Of a stretch of 49,445 nucleotides of DNA, positions 1-9,240 are shown piece by piece. Positions within the stretch are counted from its first letter, which is position 1. The number at the start of each line of letters is the position of its first letter. The position numbers and the translations under genes are program-made. The stretch comes from Myxococcales bacterium (GTDB lineage Bacteria > Myxococcota_A > Polyangia > Polyangiales > Polyangiaceae): contig JAYTOU010000100.1 in NCBI GenBank assembly GCA_043747615.1, forward strand, positions 1 through 49,445, read 5' to 3'. The notes under the pieces are model-generated. The model searched no databases. It was not told the origin of the DNA and was given only the letters and a program-made list of their open reading frames with translations.

Positions 1-1
1 G

Positions 2-634
2 CCGCCGCGACCACGTTGCGATCGCTGCTTCCCCTCCCAGGAAGGCGCGCCGCGCATCGGCCATCACCAGGAGATCGCGCGAAATCGTCGGCGCGCCCGC
101 GCTTCGCAGGATCTCGGCGATGGTCGTCTTGCCAACGCCGCTTGGCCCCATGAAGGCTACGATCTTCCGACCAACGAGCGCGGCGGAGGCATGGAGCACG
201 GCGCGCCCCTGGAGCGCGAGGACGTGAGGAGCGACCAGACGAAGCAGCGCCGGATCGCGTCGACGCGTCTCTACCGAGCCCGCGGTCCGTTCGACATGGA
301 GCGCGTGCCGGCGTCCGACGAACATATCGAAGCCGTCTCCCGCCTCGCGAAAGGTAACCGGTAGCTTCTGCCGCCGGCGTCGCGCGGGCCGGGCGAGCGA
401 CGCAACGAGAGCGCGGACGTCCGCCTGGGCCTGCGTGCGAGAGACCGTAAAGTTTCGGACGGTCGCGGCAGCGGCGCCGGACGCGCCCACCCCCTCAGCG
501 AGTGCCTTGCATATTACCACACCTACGCGGTCGACGCGGTAGAACTCGCCCGTCACCAGGTCGAGGAGCACGCCATCTTCGCCATCGACCGACGCAAGCG
601 AGAATCGGTCCGCGAACGTCTTCGTGAACGTCAC
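2..634 (-). CDS. PqqD/RRE-like domain fused to HPr-kinase-related P-loop domain (3' end runs off the window)
   Basis: Translated by hand; not in the ORF track. GTG at 634 overlaps the nei stop (GTGA) and the frame is open to the edge. N-terminal GVLLDLVTGEFYRVDRVGVVICKALAEG...FTVSRTQAQADVRALVASL fits the PqqD pattern. Downstream VLHASAALVGRKIVAFMGPSGVGKTT...SRDLL fits the HprK-related kinase pattern. Confidence 0.75.
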   Translation of the reverse strand, partial: MTFTKTFADRFSLASVDGEDGVLLDLVTGEFYRVDRVGVVICKALAEGVGASGAAAATVRNFTVSRTQAQADVRALVASLARPARRRRQKLPVTFREAGDGFDMFVGRRHALHVERTAGSVETRRRDPALLRLVAPHVLALQGRAVLHASAALVGRKIVAFMGPSGVGKTTIAEILRSAGAPTISRDLLVMADARRAFLGGEAAIATWSRR

Positions 635-1404
635 GGCTTCTGACACGACGGGCAGTAGTACGTCATGCGCATGGCTACCCCCTGCGCTCGCGCTGCGATG
701 CGGCTCACGCAAACGAAGCAGGCCCGCCCCTTTCGCCCATAGACCCACGCGTTGCGGCGGCCGAACCGTCGCGCGTTGCTCGTGAGGTTCGCTTTCATGA
801 AACGCTGCGTCTCGTCGATGAGGTGCCTCAGCGCGGCGTCGTCCAAGTGCCCGACTCGTCGGAAAGGGTCGATCCGGCAGGCGAAGAGCGCCTCGGATTT
901 GTACACGTTGCCAATGCCGGCAATCAAAGCCTGGTGCAGCATCGCGTCGCCGATCTCCACGTTCGCCCGTGCACGAAGGCGGCGAAGCGCCTCGCCGAGA
1001 TCGAAGTCGGTCGCCAAAATATCGGGTCCGAGCGCGCGGAGCTGCCCGTGACGCCGGAGGCCCGTCTCCGTGAGGAGCTCGACCACCGGGGCGTTGAAGC
1101 AGACGGCCACGCATCCCTCCACTTCGAGGACCACGCGCGCCTGCGACGCCGGCCTTTGCCATCGCTCGTTCGGCAAGTACACGTGCCACGAGCCGGTCAT
1201 CCGCATGTGCGTGTGAAGCACGCGGCCGTCATCGAAGAAAATGAGCAAATTTTTCCCGCGAGCCTCGATGCGATCGATCGTGTGTCCCGCGACGTCCGAG
1301 TCCCGCAGCTTCGGTAGCGGAGAGGAGAACGCGACGACCGTCTTTTTCGCAAGGCGAGCCGACAGGGTGCGAGCCGCACGAAAGATAGTGTCGCCCTCAG
1401 GCAT
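631..1404 (-). CDS. nei: Fpg/Nei family DNA glycosylase (endonuclease VIII-like)
   Basis: N-terminal MPEGD, GKNLL, HMRMTGSW, H2TH motif GIGNVYKSE, C-terminal zinc finger CFVC...CPSCQ. Confidence 0.93.
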   Translation of the reverse strand: MPEGDTIFRAARTLSARLAKKTVVAFSSPLPKLRDSDVAGHTIDRIEARGKNLLIFFDDGRVLHTHMRMTGSWHVYLPNERWQRPASQARVVLEVEGCVAVCFNAPVVELLTETGLRRHGQLRALGPDILATDFDLGEALRRLRARANVEIGDAMLHQALIAGIGNVYKSEALFACRIDPFRRVGHLDDAALRHLIDETQRFMKANLTSNARRFGRRNAWVYGRKGRACFVCVSRIAARAQGVAMRMTYYCPSCQKP

Positions 1405-4400
1405 GGGCAGGGCCGTTCTCTGCCCCCGGAGGAGCCTTTCGTCGCCGAAAAAATCCGCGGGTCGCGAGGTGGAAGCCAGCGCGGGTGAGGGCGTTGGCGA
1501 GAGTGCTTTGCCCCGCCGGCGCGCCGTCGATCGCGGAGACCAAGAGGGCCTTTCGGCGCCCCGAGTCGACGAGAGACGCGAGCGCCTCGGCCAGGGCCTG
1601 CTCGGCGATCCCGCGGGCAGGCTCCTCCTTCGGCAAGAACGTGAGGAGCGAGTCGGTGCCGCGCCCGAGGTAGCCGATCACCGCTCCGTCGTGCAGGACA
1701 ACGCGTGATCCCGCCGCCCGCTGGGGACGGCCACGCGTCGCCCCTTCGGTCGGCAACGGCGCGGCCTCGGGCCAGGGGAGCGCTGCGCCGTACGGGTTTG
1801 CGGGATCGGTCGCCGCGAGCACCACGGTCTTCGGCTCCTCGTCGCCGGTCCGCATGCTGCGAATTCGATCGTCCGCGCCCGGAAGCGCAAATTGGGTGGC
1901 GCCGCGCCCCGCGAGAAAATAGCCGCGCCGGATCCGCCCGGCTTCCTCCATTGCCTTCAACACGTCGTACACCGCGGAGAACCCGCCGACGATTCCCTCG
2001 GCGTGCGCGGCCTCGCGGGTGACGAGCCCGTAGCGATCGAGGAGCGAGCGAGCCAGCGCGGTTCGGCGCTCCGTATCCGTGGGCTTCTGGAACCAACGCG
2101 ACGCGCGAAGCGACCAGCGGCCCTCGGTGCCCGGAGGTGCTCCGCGTCGTCCTCGCAGGCGGGCGGTGCTCCGATCGCGCGCACGTAGGAAGCTCCGAAG
2201 CGGCTCGCAGGTGTCGTTGGTCACCTCGCCGGACCAGACAAGATCCCACAGCGCGTCGACCACTTCGCCGCCGAAGCCGCCCACTTCGCGGGAGATCTCG
2301 GCGAAAAATACGGCACCCCGTTGAGCGAGCAACGCCCTTATTTTTTCGGCGATTTCTCCCTCGGCCGCGGTTTGCGTCGGGGACAAGAGAGCCTCGTGAT
2401 CGGCGAGGTAGAGGGCGACGCGTCCGTCGCTCGGCCCGATCGCTTCGACCCCCGCCCACACCACTTCTCCCGCGGCGCAAAGGGCGTCGAGATCCCACGA
2501 GCGGTACCCTTCGATCCGCGCGGGCAAGATCTCCGACTCGAGGGCGGACATCGGAAGGGGACAGCCTTCGAGCTGAGCGATGACGGCGAGGAGCGCGTCC
2601 GGGCCGCGTCGCTTTCGGGTGATGCCCTGCCATTCGAGCAGGAAGCGCCCAAGCGCATCGCCGTCCACCGGTTCGACGGCTTTGCGCAGCTTCGCGAGAG
2701 ACTTCCGACGGATGACGCGGAGCACGTCTTTCTCGCAGTATTCGCGCGATCGTCCGCTCGCGAGAAATGCTCCTTCGAGCAAGCGCCCAGCCTGCACGAA
2801 GCGATCGAGGAGGTCCGACGCCGTTGCAACGCCGAGACCGAAGCGCCTCGCCACGTCGCTCGCCGTGAAGGGACCGTGGGTGCGCGCGTACCTGACGACG
2901 AGCTCGCCGAGTGGATCGGAGACGCCGCCGGCTTCACTCTTCGACGCGCTCAGGTGCCGCGCGGGCGGCTTCGACTCGAGAAAAACTTCGGGGAGACCAC
3001 GGGGAGGCACGACGCCGAGGGCATCCCGGAAACGCGCGGCATCCTCGCTCGCTACGTAGCGCACGTCGCCGGCAATTTTCGCTTTGAAGATTCGTCTCTC
3101 GCTTTCGAGCGCCGTTACCCACGAGAGGGCAGCGTCGGGCTCACTCGTGCGCTCCCGGAGCTCTTCGAGGCTGAGATCACCGATCGACAGCAAGAGATCG
3201 TGAACGCCGTCCGCGTGCCGCGCCGGGTGGGTGATTCGTTGCAAGGTGCGCTCGTGCTCGGCGATGAGCTCCGGATCGAGGAGCTCGCGCATCTCCGCGT
3301 CTCCGAGCAGCTCGCGCAGCTGGGCGTGATCGATGGTGAGCGCTTGGGCGCGCTTCTCAGCGAGAGGCGCGTCGCTGTCGTAGATGAAGTTTCCCGCGAA
3401 GGCGAAGAGGAGCGACGCCGCGAATGGCGACGGTTTCTGCGAATCCACGGTGACCACCCGCATGCGTCGCGACTCGATCTGGGCGAGCACGTCGACGAGG
3501 CCGCTGAGATCGAAGACGTCGCGCAGGCACTCTCGGTAGGTCTCGAGGACGATCGGAAACGAAGGATACTGCGAGGCCACGGAGAGGAGATCGCTCGCCC
3601 GTTTTCGCTGCGCCCAGAGCGGCGTGCGTTTCGTCGGATGACGGCGCGGCAGGAGGAGCGCGCGGGCCGCACACTCTCGAAAGCGTGCTGCAAACAGGGA
3701 CGTCTGCGCGAGCGATGAGGTCACGAGCATCTCCACCTCGTCAGACGCGGGGAGAAAAAGCTCCGTCGCCGGAGGCTCGACCGTGCCCGCAAGACGGAAG
3801 GCCATTCCATCGTCGGACCAGACCGCGTCGGCCTCGCCCCCGTGCACCGCGCGCAGACGACCAAGGACCGCTGTTGCCCAGGGAGCGTGAACGCGGGCGC
3901 CGAAGGGAGAAAGAACGCACACCCGCCAGTCGCCGATCTCGTCGAGGAACCGCTCGACGACGATCGCCCGGTCGCTCGGAAGCTCTCCCGTCGCCTCGAG
4001 CTGTTCAAAGAGGTAGGCGACGCAGTTGCGCGCGGCCGGAGCGTCGAGGTGGTGATCGCGGGTGAGGATCTTCTCTGCGGCGGCGCGTGTTCCGCGGGTA
4101 ATCTTTCGCGACAGCTCGCCGATCGCCGTGCCGAACGCGCGCGATCGACCGGGCCGGTCACCATGCCAAAACGGCATTTTCCCAGGCTCACCGGGCGCCG
4201 GAGACACCAGAACGCGATCGAGAGAAATGGTGTCGGCACGCCACGAAGAAGCTCCGAGCAGAAACACTTCCCCCTCGCGGAGCTCGAAGACCATCTCTTC
4301 GTCGAGCTCGCCTACGCGCTTGCTCGTTCGGTTGTCATCGGTTGCGCTGGCGCTCAGGAAGACGCCGTACAGTCCGCGATCGGGAATGGTCCCGCCGTTG

Positions 4401-5941
4401 GCAATGGCCAAGCGGAGCGCTCCTTCGCGCGCCCTTAGTGTTCCACCAACACGATCCCAGGTGACCCGCGGGCGGAGCTCGGCGAAATCGTCGGAGGGGT
4501 AACGCCCGGAGAGCATGTCGAGCACGCTCTCGAACGCGCCGCGGGGGAGCTCGGCGAAGGGGGCGGCGCCGCGCACCAGGGTAAAGAGAGCCTCTACGTC
4601 CATGGGGGCGGGAGCGCTGCCGGCAATGGCCACGATCTGCTGGGCGAGGACGTCGAGTGGGCTGCGCGGGTAGAAGGTCTCCTCGACGTCGCCGCGTTCC
4701 ATGCACGAAATAGCAGCCGCGCACGCCACGAGATCGCCCCGGTGCTTGGGCACGAGAATGCCTTTTGAGGTGTCCCCCACGTTGTGACCGCCGCGGCCAA
4801 CGCGCTGCAGACCGGAAGCGATCGACGGAGGTGCCTCGATCTGCACGACCAGATCGACCGCGCCCATGTCGATCCCGAGCTCGAGCGATGACGTGGCGAC
4901 GATGGCCGGGAGGTTTCCTTGCTTCAGTCGATCTTCGATCTGGGCGCGCTTCTCCCGGGCCACCGACCCGTGATGCGCCAGAGCGATCTCTTCCCCCGCG
5001 AGCTCGTTCAGTGCATTGGCCAGACGCTCGGCCAGGCGGCGACTGTTGACGAAGACCATCGTCGAGCGGTGCGCTCGAATGAGGCCAACCAATTTTTCTT
5101 GCACCGCGGGCCAGATCGAACGCCGCGCCCCAGTGCCGGCAGCCGGACCGGAGACGACCTCTTCGAGCTCGCCGAGCTTCGCCATGTCGATGTCCGGCGT
5201 CTCCACGTGGAGCTCGAGGGATTTCTTTTCCCCCGCGTCGACGATGAGCACCCTTCGCGGTTTCTTGTTCTCGAAGCCTCCGAGGAGGCGGGCCACTTCG
5301 TCGAGCGGTCGCTGCGTAGCCGACAGGCCGATCCGCTGAAGTGGCTTTATTTTAGCTTTAGAACGACGACGGAGCGCTTCCAGTCGTTCGAGGGAGAGAA
5401 AGAGATGAGCGCCCCGCTTGCTCGCCACCAGGGAATGAATCTCGTCGACGATGACTGTCTCGACCGCAGCCAGGATCTCGCGCGCGTTCGAGGTGAGCAT
5501 CAGGTACAGCGATTCCGGCGTGGTGATGAGAATCTCCGGCGGGTGCCGGAGCATGCGAGCGCGCTCGGCCTGCGGGGTGTCTCCCGTCCGCACCTGAACG
5601 GTCGGCGTGTGCACCGCGACGCCCATGGATTGCGCCACGTGAAGAACACCGGCGAGCGGAGCGCGTAGATTTTTTTCCACGTCGACCGCGAGGGCCTTCA
5701 TCGGAGACACGTAGAGCACGCGCACGCCAGGCGTGCTGGGAGCGCTCCACATCAATTTTTCGATCGCAGCGAGGAACGCAGCGAGCGTTTTTCCGGACCC
5801 CGTTGGCGCCAAGAGGAGCGTGGACTCTCCCGCAGCGATCGGCACCCAACCGAGCGCTTGCACCCGCGTCGGCGGACCGAGCGAGTCTTCGAACCACCTC
5901 CGAACCGGCTCGTGAAAGTGAGAGAGCGGTCCCTTTTTCAC
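1397..5941 (-). CDS. lhr: Long-form Lhr ATP-dependent helicase (~1514 aa)
   Basis: APTGSGKT, DEIH, GLSAT, HHGS, TSSLELGID, QRVGRGGH, GGTIPDRG, VGELDEE and C-terminal DPANPYG. Start placed at GTG 5941, overlapping the fmt stop (GTGA). Confidence 0.95.
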   Translation of the reverse strand: MKKGPLSHFHEPVRRWFEDSLGPPTRVQALGWVPIAAGESTLLLAPTGSGKTLAAFLAAIEKLMWSAPSTPGVRVLYVSPMKALAVDVEKNLRAPLAGVLHVAQSMGVAVHTPTVQVRTGDTPQAERARMLRHPPEILITTPESLYLMLTSNAREILAAVETVIVDEIHSLVASKRGAHLFLSLERLEALRRRSKAKIKPLQRIGLSATQRPLDEVARLLGGFENKKPRRVLIVDAGEKKSLELHVETPDIDMAKLGELEEVVSGPAAGTGARRSIWPAVQEKLVGLIRAHRSTMVFVNSRRLAERLANALNELAGEEIALAHHGSVAREKRAQIEDRLKQGNLPAIVATSSLELGIDMGAVDLVVQIEAPPSIASGLQRVGRGGHNVGDTSKGILVPKHRGDLVACAAAISCMERGDVEETFYPRSPLDVLAQQIVAIAGSAPAPMDVEALFTLVRGAAPFAELPRGAFESVLDMLSGRYPSDDFAELRPRVTWDRVGGTLRAREGALRLAIANGGTIPDRGLYGVFLSASATDDNRTSKRVGELDEEMVFELREGEVFLLGASSWRADTISLDRVLVSPAPGEPGKMPFWHGDRPGRSRAFGTAIGELSRKITRGTRAAAEKILTRDHHLDAPAARNCVAYLFEQLEATGELPSDRAIVVERFLDEIGDWRVCVLSPFGARVHAPWATAVLGRLRAVHGGEADAVWSDDGMAFRLAGTVEPPATELFLPASDEVEMLVTSSLAQTSLFAARFRECAARALLLPRRHPTKRTPLWAQRKRASDLLSVASQYPSFPIVLETYRECLRDVFDLSGLVDVLAQIESRRMRVVTVDSQKPSPFAASLLFAFAGNFIYDSDAPLAEKRAQALTIDHAQLRELLGDAEMRELLDPELIAEHERTLQRITHPARHADGVHDLLLSIGDLSLEELRERTSEPDAALSWVTALESERRIFKAKIAGDVRYVASEDAARFRDALGVVPPRGLPEVFLESKPPARHLSASKSEAGGVSDPLGELVVRYARTHGPFTASDVARRFGLGVATASDLLDRFVQAGRLLEGAFLASGRSREYCEKDVLRVIRRKSLAKLRKAVEPVDGDALGRFLLEWQGITRKRRGPDALLAVIAQLEGCPLPMSALESEILPARIEGYRSWDLDALCAAGEVVWAGVEAIGPSDGRVALYLADHEALLSPTQTAAEGEIAEKIRALLAQRGAVFFAEISREVGGFGGEVVDALWDLVWSGEVTNDTCEPLRSFLRARDRSTARLRGRRGAPPGTEGRWSLRASRWFQKPTDTERRTALARSLLDRYGLVTREAAHAEGIVGGFSAVYDVLKAMEEAGRIRRGYFLAGRGATQFALPGADDRIRSMRTGDEEPKTVVLAATDPANPYGAALPWPEAAPLPTEGATRGRPQRAAGSRVVLHDGAVIGYLGRGTDSLLTFLPKEEPARGIAEQALAEALASLVDSGRRKALLVSAIDGAPAGQSTLANALTRAGFHLATRGFFRRRKAPPGAENGPAHA

Positions 5942-6885
5942 GTAAGGCGATCGCCCTCGTTCACGCCTCGTCCGAGGTGCCACTGGGCGGCAGCCACGGG
6001 CTTCTTCCCCTCGAGCTGGATGGCCACGAGCTCGACCGCACCCTCCTGGCCCGTGGCCACGATCACCCTTGTTTTGTCGGCAAGAAGGACTGTGCCGGGC
6101 GCAGTGTCTTTCCGAGTGAAGTCGGACATACGTGTAGACCGCACCTTGACCACCTTTCCGTTGAGGGTGGTGGACGCGCCTGGCCAGGGGCTCATGCCGC
6201 GTACGTGATCATGCACTTGCTGGGCGCTCTTTTCCCAGACGATGCGCCCATCTTCCTTCTTGAGCATCGGGGCGAGTGGCGTGGCCTTCGATTCGTCCTG
6301 CACCTGCGGCGTGTACGTGCCTGCCACGTACCTCGGGAGCCCTTCGCGCACAGCACGAGCGCCCACGAGCGAGAGCCGCTCGCCCACCTCGCCGGCCGCC
6401 TCGTTTGGCCCGACGTCCATCGTGAACTGCTCGAGCATCGCGCCGGTGTCCATGCCGACGTCCATGTGCATGAGGGTCACGCCCGTCTCTTTTTCGCCGT
6501 GGACGACCGCCCACGTGATCGGAGCCGCGCCCCTGTACTTGGGGAGAAGCGAGGCGTGCACGTTCACGCATCCGAGACGAGGCGCGGCGAGAACGTCGGC
6601 CGGGAGGATGCGCCCGTAGGCGACGACGAGCGCGACGTCCGCCTTTTGGGACCGGAGCCACTCGGCAAATTCTCCGGTTCGCAGCTTCGTCGGCTGGGTG
6701 ACCGGAATGCCGAGCTCGGTCGCGCGGACCTTTACCGGCGGCGGCGTGAGCGTGAGCCCGCGCCCCTGCGGCTTGTCGGGCTGGCACACCGCGGCGACCA
6801 CGTCGGCGATTTCGACGAGCGCGTCGAGGCAGCGAACGGCGAAGGTCGGGGTGCCGAAAAAGACCGCGCGGAACTTGTCAGTCAT
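5938..6885 (-). CDS. fmt: Methionyl-tRNA formyltransferase
   Basis: FFGTPTFA, QPDKPQGRG, VVAYGRILP, NVHASLLPKYRGAAPI, GMDTG. Confidence 0.96.
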   Translation of the reverse strand: MTDKFRAVFFGTPTFAVRCLDALVEIADVVAAVCQPDKPQGRGLTLTPPPVKVRATELGIPVTQPTKLRTGEFAEWLRSQKADVALVVAYGRILPADVLAAPRLGCVNVHASLLPKYRGAAPITWAVVHGEKETGVTLMHMDVGMDTGAMLEQFTMDVGPNEAAGEVGERLSLVGARAVREGLPRYVAGTYTPQVQDESKATPLAPMLKKEDGRIVWEKSAQQVHDHVRGMSPWPGASTTLNGKVVKVRSTRMSDFTRKDTAPGTVLLADKTRVIVATGQEGAVELVAIQLEGKKPVAAAQWHLGRGVNEGDRLT

Positions 6886-6931
6886 TGCCGCGCGGGCTCA
6901 GGGCGCTCATTGCCGCGCGGCTCCAAGGCGC
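6882..6931. repeat. Imperfect 25-bp tandem duplication covering the fmt start region
   Basis: tcattgccgcgcgggctcagggcgc (6882-6906) followed by tcattgccgcgcggctccaaggcgc (6907-6931). Confidence 0.8.
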
Positions 6932-7689
6932 TAGTTGCCGACTTCAATGGGAGCGCGGGGAGCGCTCATCTCGTGCTCCACCCCTTCGGCGACGTTCGTC
7001 AGCGGGGTCACGACGCGGATGGAGTACTTGCCCTTGCCGAGCGGGCCACTCGCCGAGCGCGGAAATCCCATCTCCGGAGGAGTCCCTTTGAGCTTCTCGG
7101 GTGCCCATTTCATCTTGGTTGCGTCCCACGCGAGCTTCACATGGGCCGAGCCATTGGGGATGAGGGTGACCCGCGCGGTCCCCTGATTCGACGGCGCGCG
7201 ATCGGGCATCGCGGGCTGCGGACCCACAGGAAGGTCGACGCGCTTTCCCTTAAGATCGTAGGCCTCGACCGCAAATCGCGGCGTGGGATCCAGCACGAAA
7301 TCCAGGGGCAGCGCCTCTTTCGATTTGTTGGTGAAGGTCACGATGAGATCCACGTGACCGCCCGGCGCCACCTTGTCTTTGCTCGGTGCCACCTTCACGT
7401 CGAGCGCTGCCTTCAGCTCGTGGGGCTTCTCGTCGGGCTTCGGATTCGGGACTTCGCACGCGCTTTGGATGAGCGCCGAAATCAGATCGATGTCCGCTCC
7501 CGTGCACGTGGATGCCTTGGATTTAGCCGGCTCTCCGTTTTCACCTTTGGACTCGCCCGCATCGGATTCACCGTCTGCCGGCGCGGTGTCGGTCACCACG
7601 TTGTCGCCCGACTTCGCGTCTTTTTTCGGGCCGCCGCAGGCAAACATCGCGAGCGGAAGAAGCATCATCAAAGCTGCTGCGCGTTTCAT
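6931..7689 (-). CDS. Putative lipoprotein of unknown function
   Basis: GGAGG upstream of ATG 7689; signal peptide MKRAAALMMLLPLAMFAC with a lipobox-like Cys; low-complexity linker followed by a beta-rich domain. Confidence 0.8.
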   Translation of the reverse strand: MKRAAALMMLLPLAMFACGGPKKDAKSGDNVVTDTAPADGESDAGESKGENGEPAKSKASTCTGADIDLISALIQSACEVPNPKPDEKPHELKAALDVKVAPSKDKVAPGGHVDLIVTFTNKSKEALPLDFVLDPTPRFAVEAYDLKGKRVDLPVGPQPAMPDRAPSNQGTARVTLIPNGSAHVKLAWDATKMKWAPEKLKGTPPEMGFPRSASGPLGKGKYSIRVVTPLTNVAEGVEHEMSAPRAPIEVGN

Positions 7690-7706
7690 CGAGCCTCCCG
7701 GAATAG

Positions 7707-8237
7707 TCACTTGATGCAGTTCTGTAAGGCGGCCGACGACTTTGCCGACATCGCGCACGTGTAGTTGCTCTTCTTCAGTGTCGTCGCGCAGGATTTTTGA
7801 AAACCGGCCATCGCCGGATCTGCGCCTGCCGCCGATTCCATCATGGCCTTTGCTTCCTTCATCTGCGCGGGGTCGACACCCTGCTCGGCCATCGTGAGAT
7901 CGACGAGCTTGCCGAAGATGCGATCACACTCCGGCTTCGTGAGGAGCGCACCTTTTCCCGTCGGCTTCGAAGGCGTCACCGGCGGGGCTATGGTCGTCGG
8001 CGCGGGGACGGTTTTCATGCCCTCCTCGGGTGCGGGCGGCGGCGTCTCTTTCGCGGTTCCTCCAGCGGGGCCCAGCTTGTCGTCGTCGTCGTGAATCACC
8101 GGGGGCAGGTCGTGCGACCGCGGGGGCAGCTCTTTGTCGATCGATTCCTCCGTTGCCTTCGGGGGTGGGCCTTTCGAGCTTCCGCACGCGAGGCCGAGGA
8201 GAACCGCCGCCGCGGCGAATCGGAGCCGATGCTTCAT
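7707..8237 (-). CDS. Putative lipoprotein with Pro-rich linker and C-terminal 4-Cys domain
   Basis: Lipobox-like LGLAC; C-terminal C-x10-CAMxAK-x7-CI motif. Confidence 0.8.
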   Translation of the reverse strand: MKHRLRFAAAAVLLGLACGSSKGPPPKATEESIDKELPPRSHDLPPVIHDDDDKLGPAGGTAKETPPPAPEEGMKTVPAPTTIAPPVTPSKPTGKGALLTKPECDRIFGKLVDLTMAEQGVDPAQMKEAKAMMESAAGADPAMAGFQKSCATTLKKSNYTCAMSAKSSAALQNCIK

Positions 8238-8284
8238 GCGCGCATGCTAGCGTTCTTCGGGGACTAGACCTATCGTTTTCCCGG

Positions 8285-8605
8285 TCACTCGATGCACGCT
8301 TCCCACTGGTTGGGGTCCTTCGCCGCCATTGCGCAGTCGTGCTCGCGAGCAGAGACCTCCTTTTCGCACTGGGCCTGCTTCTCGGCGTAGCCAGGAGTGG
8401 CTTTTTTCTCGGCCCTCCGCATCTCGGTCACCGCGTGCGCCTGAGAGGGAGGGAGGCTCGCGATCTCGGGACCCCCGGCAATTTTCATGTCCAGATAGCG
8501 ATCGAGCATTTCCGTGCACTCTACACGCGTCGCCTGGCGTTGGCACCCGCAAGCGAGCATTGCGGTCCACGACACGAAGAGCGCGCGAACGAGGAAGAGC
8601 TTCAC
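8285..8605 (-). CDS. Small putative lipoprotein with the same 4-Cys domain
   Basis: Signal peptide ending LACGC; C-x10-CAMxAK-x7-CI motif; GTG start overlaps the upstream stop (GTGA). Confidence 0.8.
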   Translation of the reverse strand: MKLFLVRALFVSWTAMLACGCQRQATRVECTEMLDRYLDMKIAGGPEIASLPPSQAHAVTEMRRAEKKATPGYAEKQAQCEKEVSAREHDCAMAAKDPNQWEACIE

Positions 8606-9240
8606 GGGAGCGGGAAGAAGGGAGCGAGTGCAAATGCGAACTGCATCGCGATGAGCTTCTTTCCGAGGATCTCGACGTGAGTTCCGGAGATGGCCTCATC
8701 GGGGGCCAGGGTGCCCGCGAGCATGCGCTCGAAGGTGGAGACGCTTGCCTCGATGGTCACGTCTGCTTCGTGGCTGACCCGGATTTTTTTTCCGCCCCCC
8801 GCGCCCACCAGGATCGCCGCGCGACCCCCTTCGAACTCCGGAAGAGCAAGCTCGACCCGGCCGGTAACCATGGTCAGACGCTTGAGAACGCGCGGATCGG
8901 TGAAGAGCGCGACATCTCCGCGAGGCTGGAATTTAGGTACGAAACGCTTCTCTGTCGCCCAGTCGTGGAGAAAGCGCTCGAGGGTTTGCTTCGCAACGGA
9001 GACCCACACGAGCGCGGGCTCGCTGCCGCGGGTGACGTTGACCTCGTGGCCACGGACGGCGTACGTGAAGGAGTCGCCCCCTTGGATTTCGGCGACGAGC
9101 ACGTACTCTTCGACGCGCTCATTCGCTGCGCCACCTCCCGACCCGCCCCGAGCGGGCACCCGTCGGCGGTGGGCTTCGGGAACCACCGAGAGAAAAAAAG
9201 ACTCGGCGGTCGTGCCAGGGGGAATCTCAAAAGGGAACAT
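8602..9240 (-). CDS. SCP2 sterol-carrier-like domain protein
   Basis: C-terminal ADVTIEASVSTFERMLAGTLAPDEAISGTHVEILGKKLIAMQF resembles SCP2-domain ends. Start at ATG 9240 is inferred. Confidence 0.65.
   Translation of the reverse strand: MFPFEIPPGTTAESFFLSVVPEAHRRRVPARGGSGGGAANERVEEYVLVAEIQGGDSFTYAVRGHEVNVTRGSEPALVWVSVAKQTLERFLHDWATEKRFVPKFQPRGDVALFTDPRVLKRLTMVTGRVELALPEFEGGRAAILVGAGGGKKIRVSHEADVTIEASVSTFERMLAGTLAPDEAISGTHVEILGKKLIAMQFAFALAPFFPLP

Noticed and set aside
2915..2980. Apparent short insertion in Lhr (SKPPARHLSASKSEAGG) with GCCGCC/GGCGGC ends
   Set aside because: A 6-bp GC inverted repeat is expected by chance at this GC content; no second copy seen.
8690..9238. Long N-terminal extensions given by the ORF track for serA, the AsmA-like gene (to 15748), lhr, ALDH and others
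   Set aside because: They overlap real neighbouring genes; internal starts with an RBS, a -10 box or a stop/start overlap fit better.
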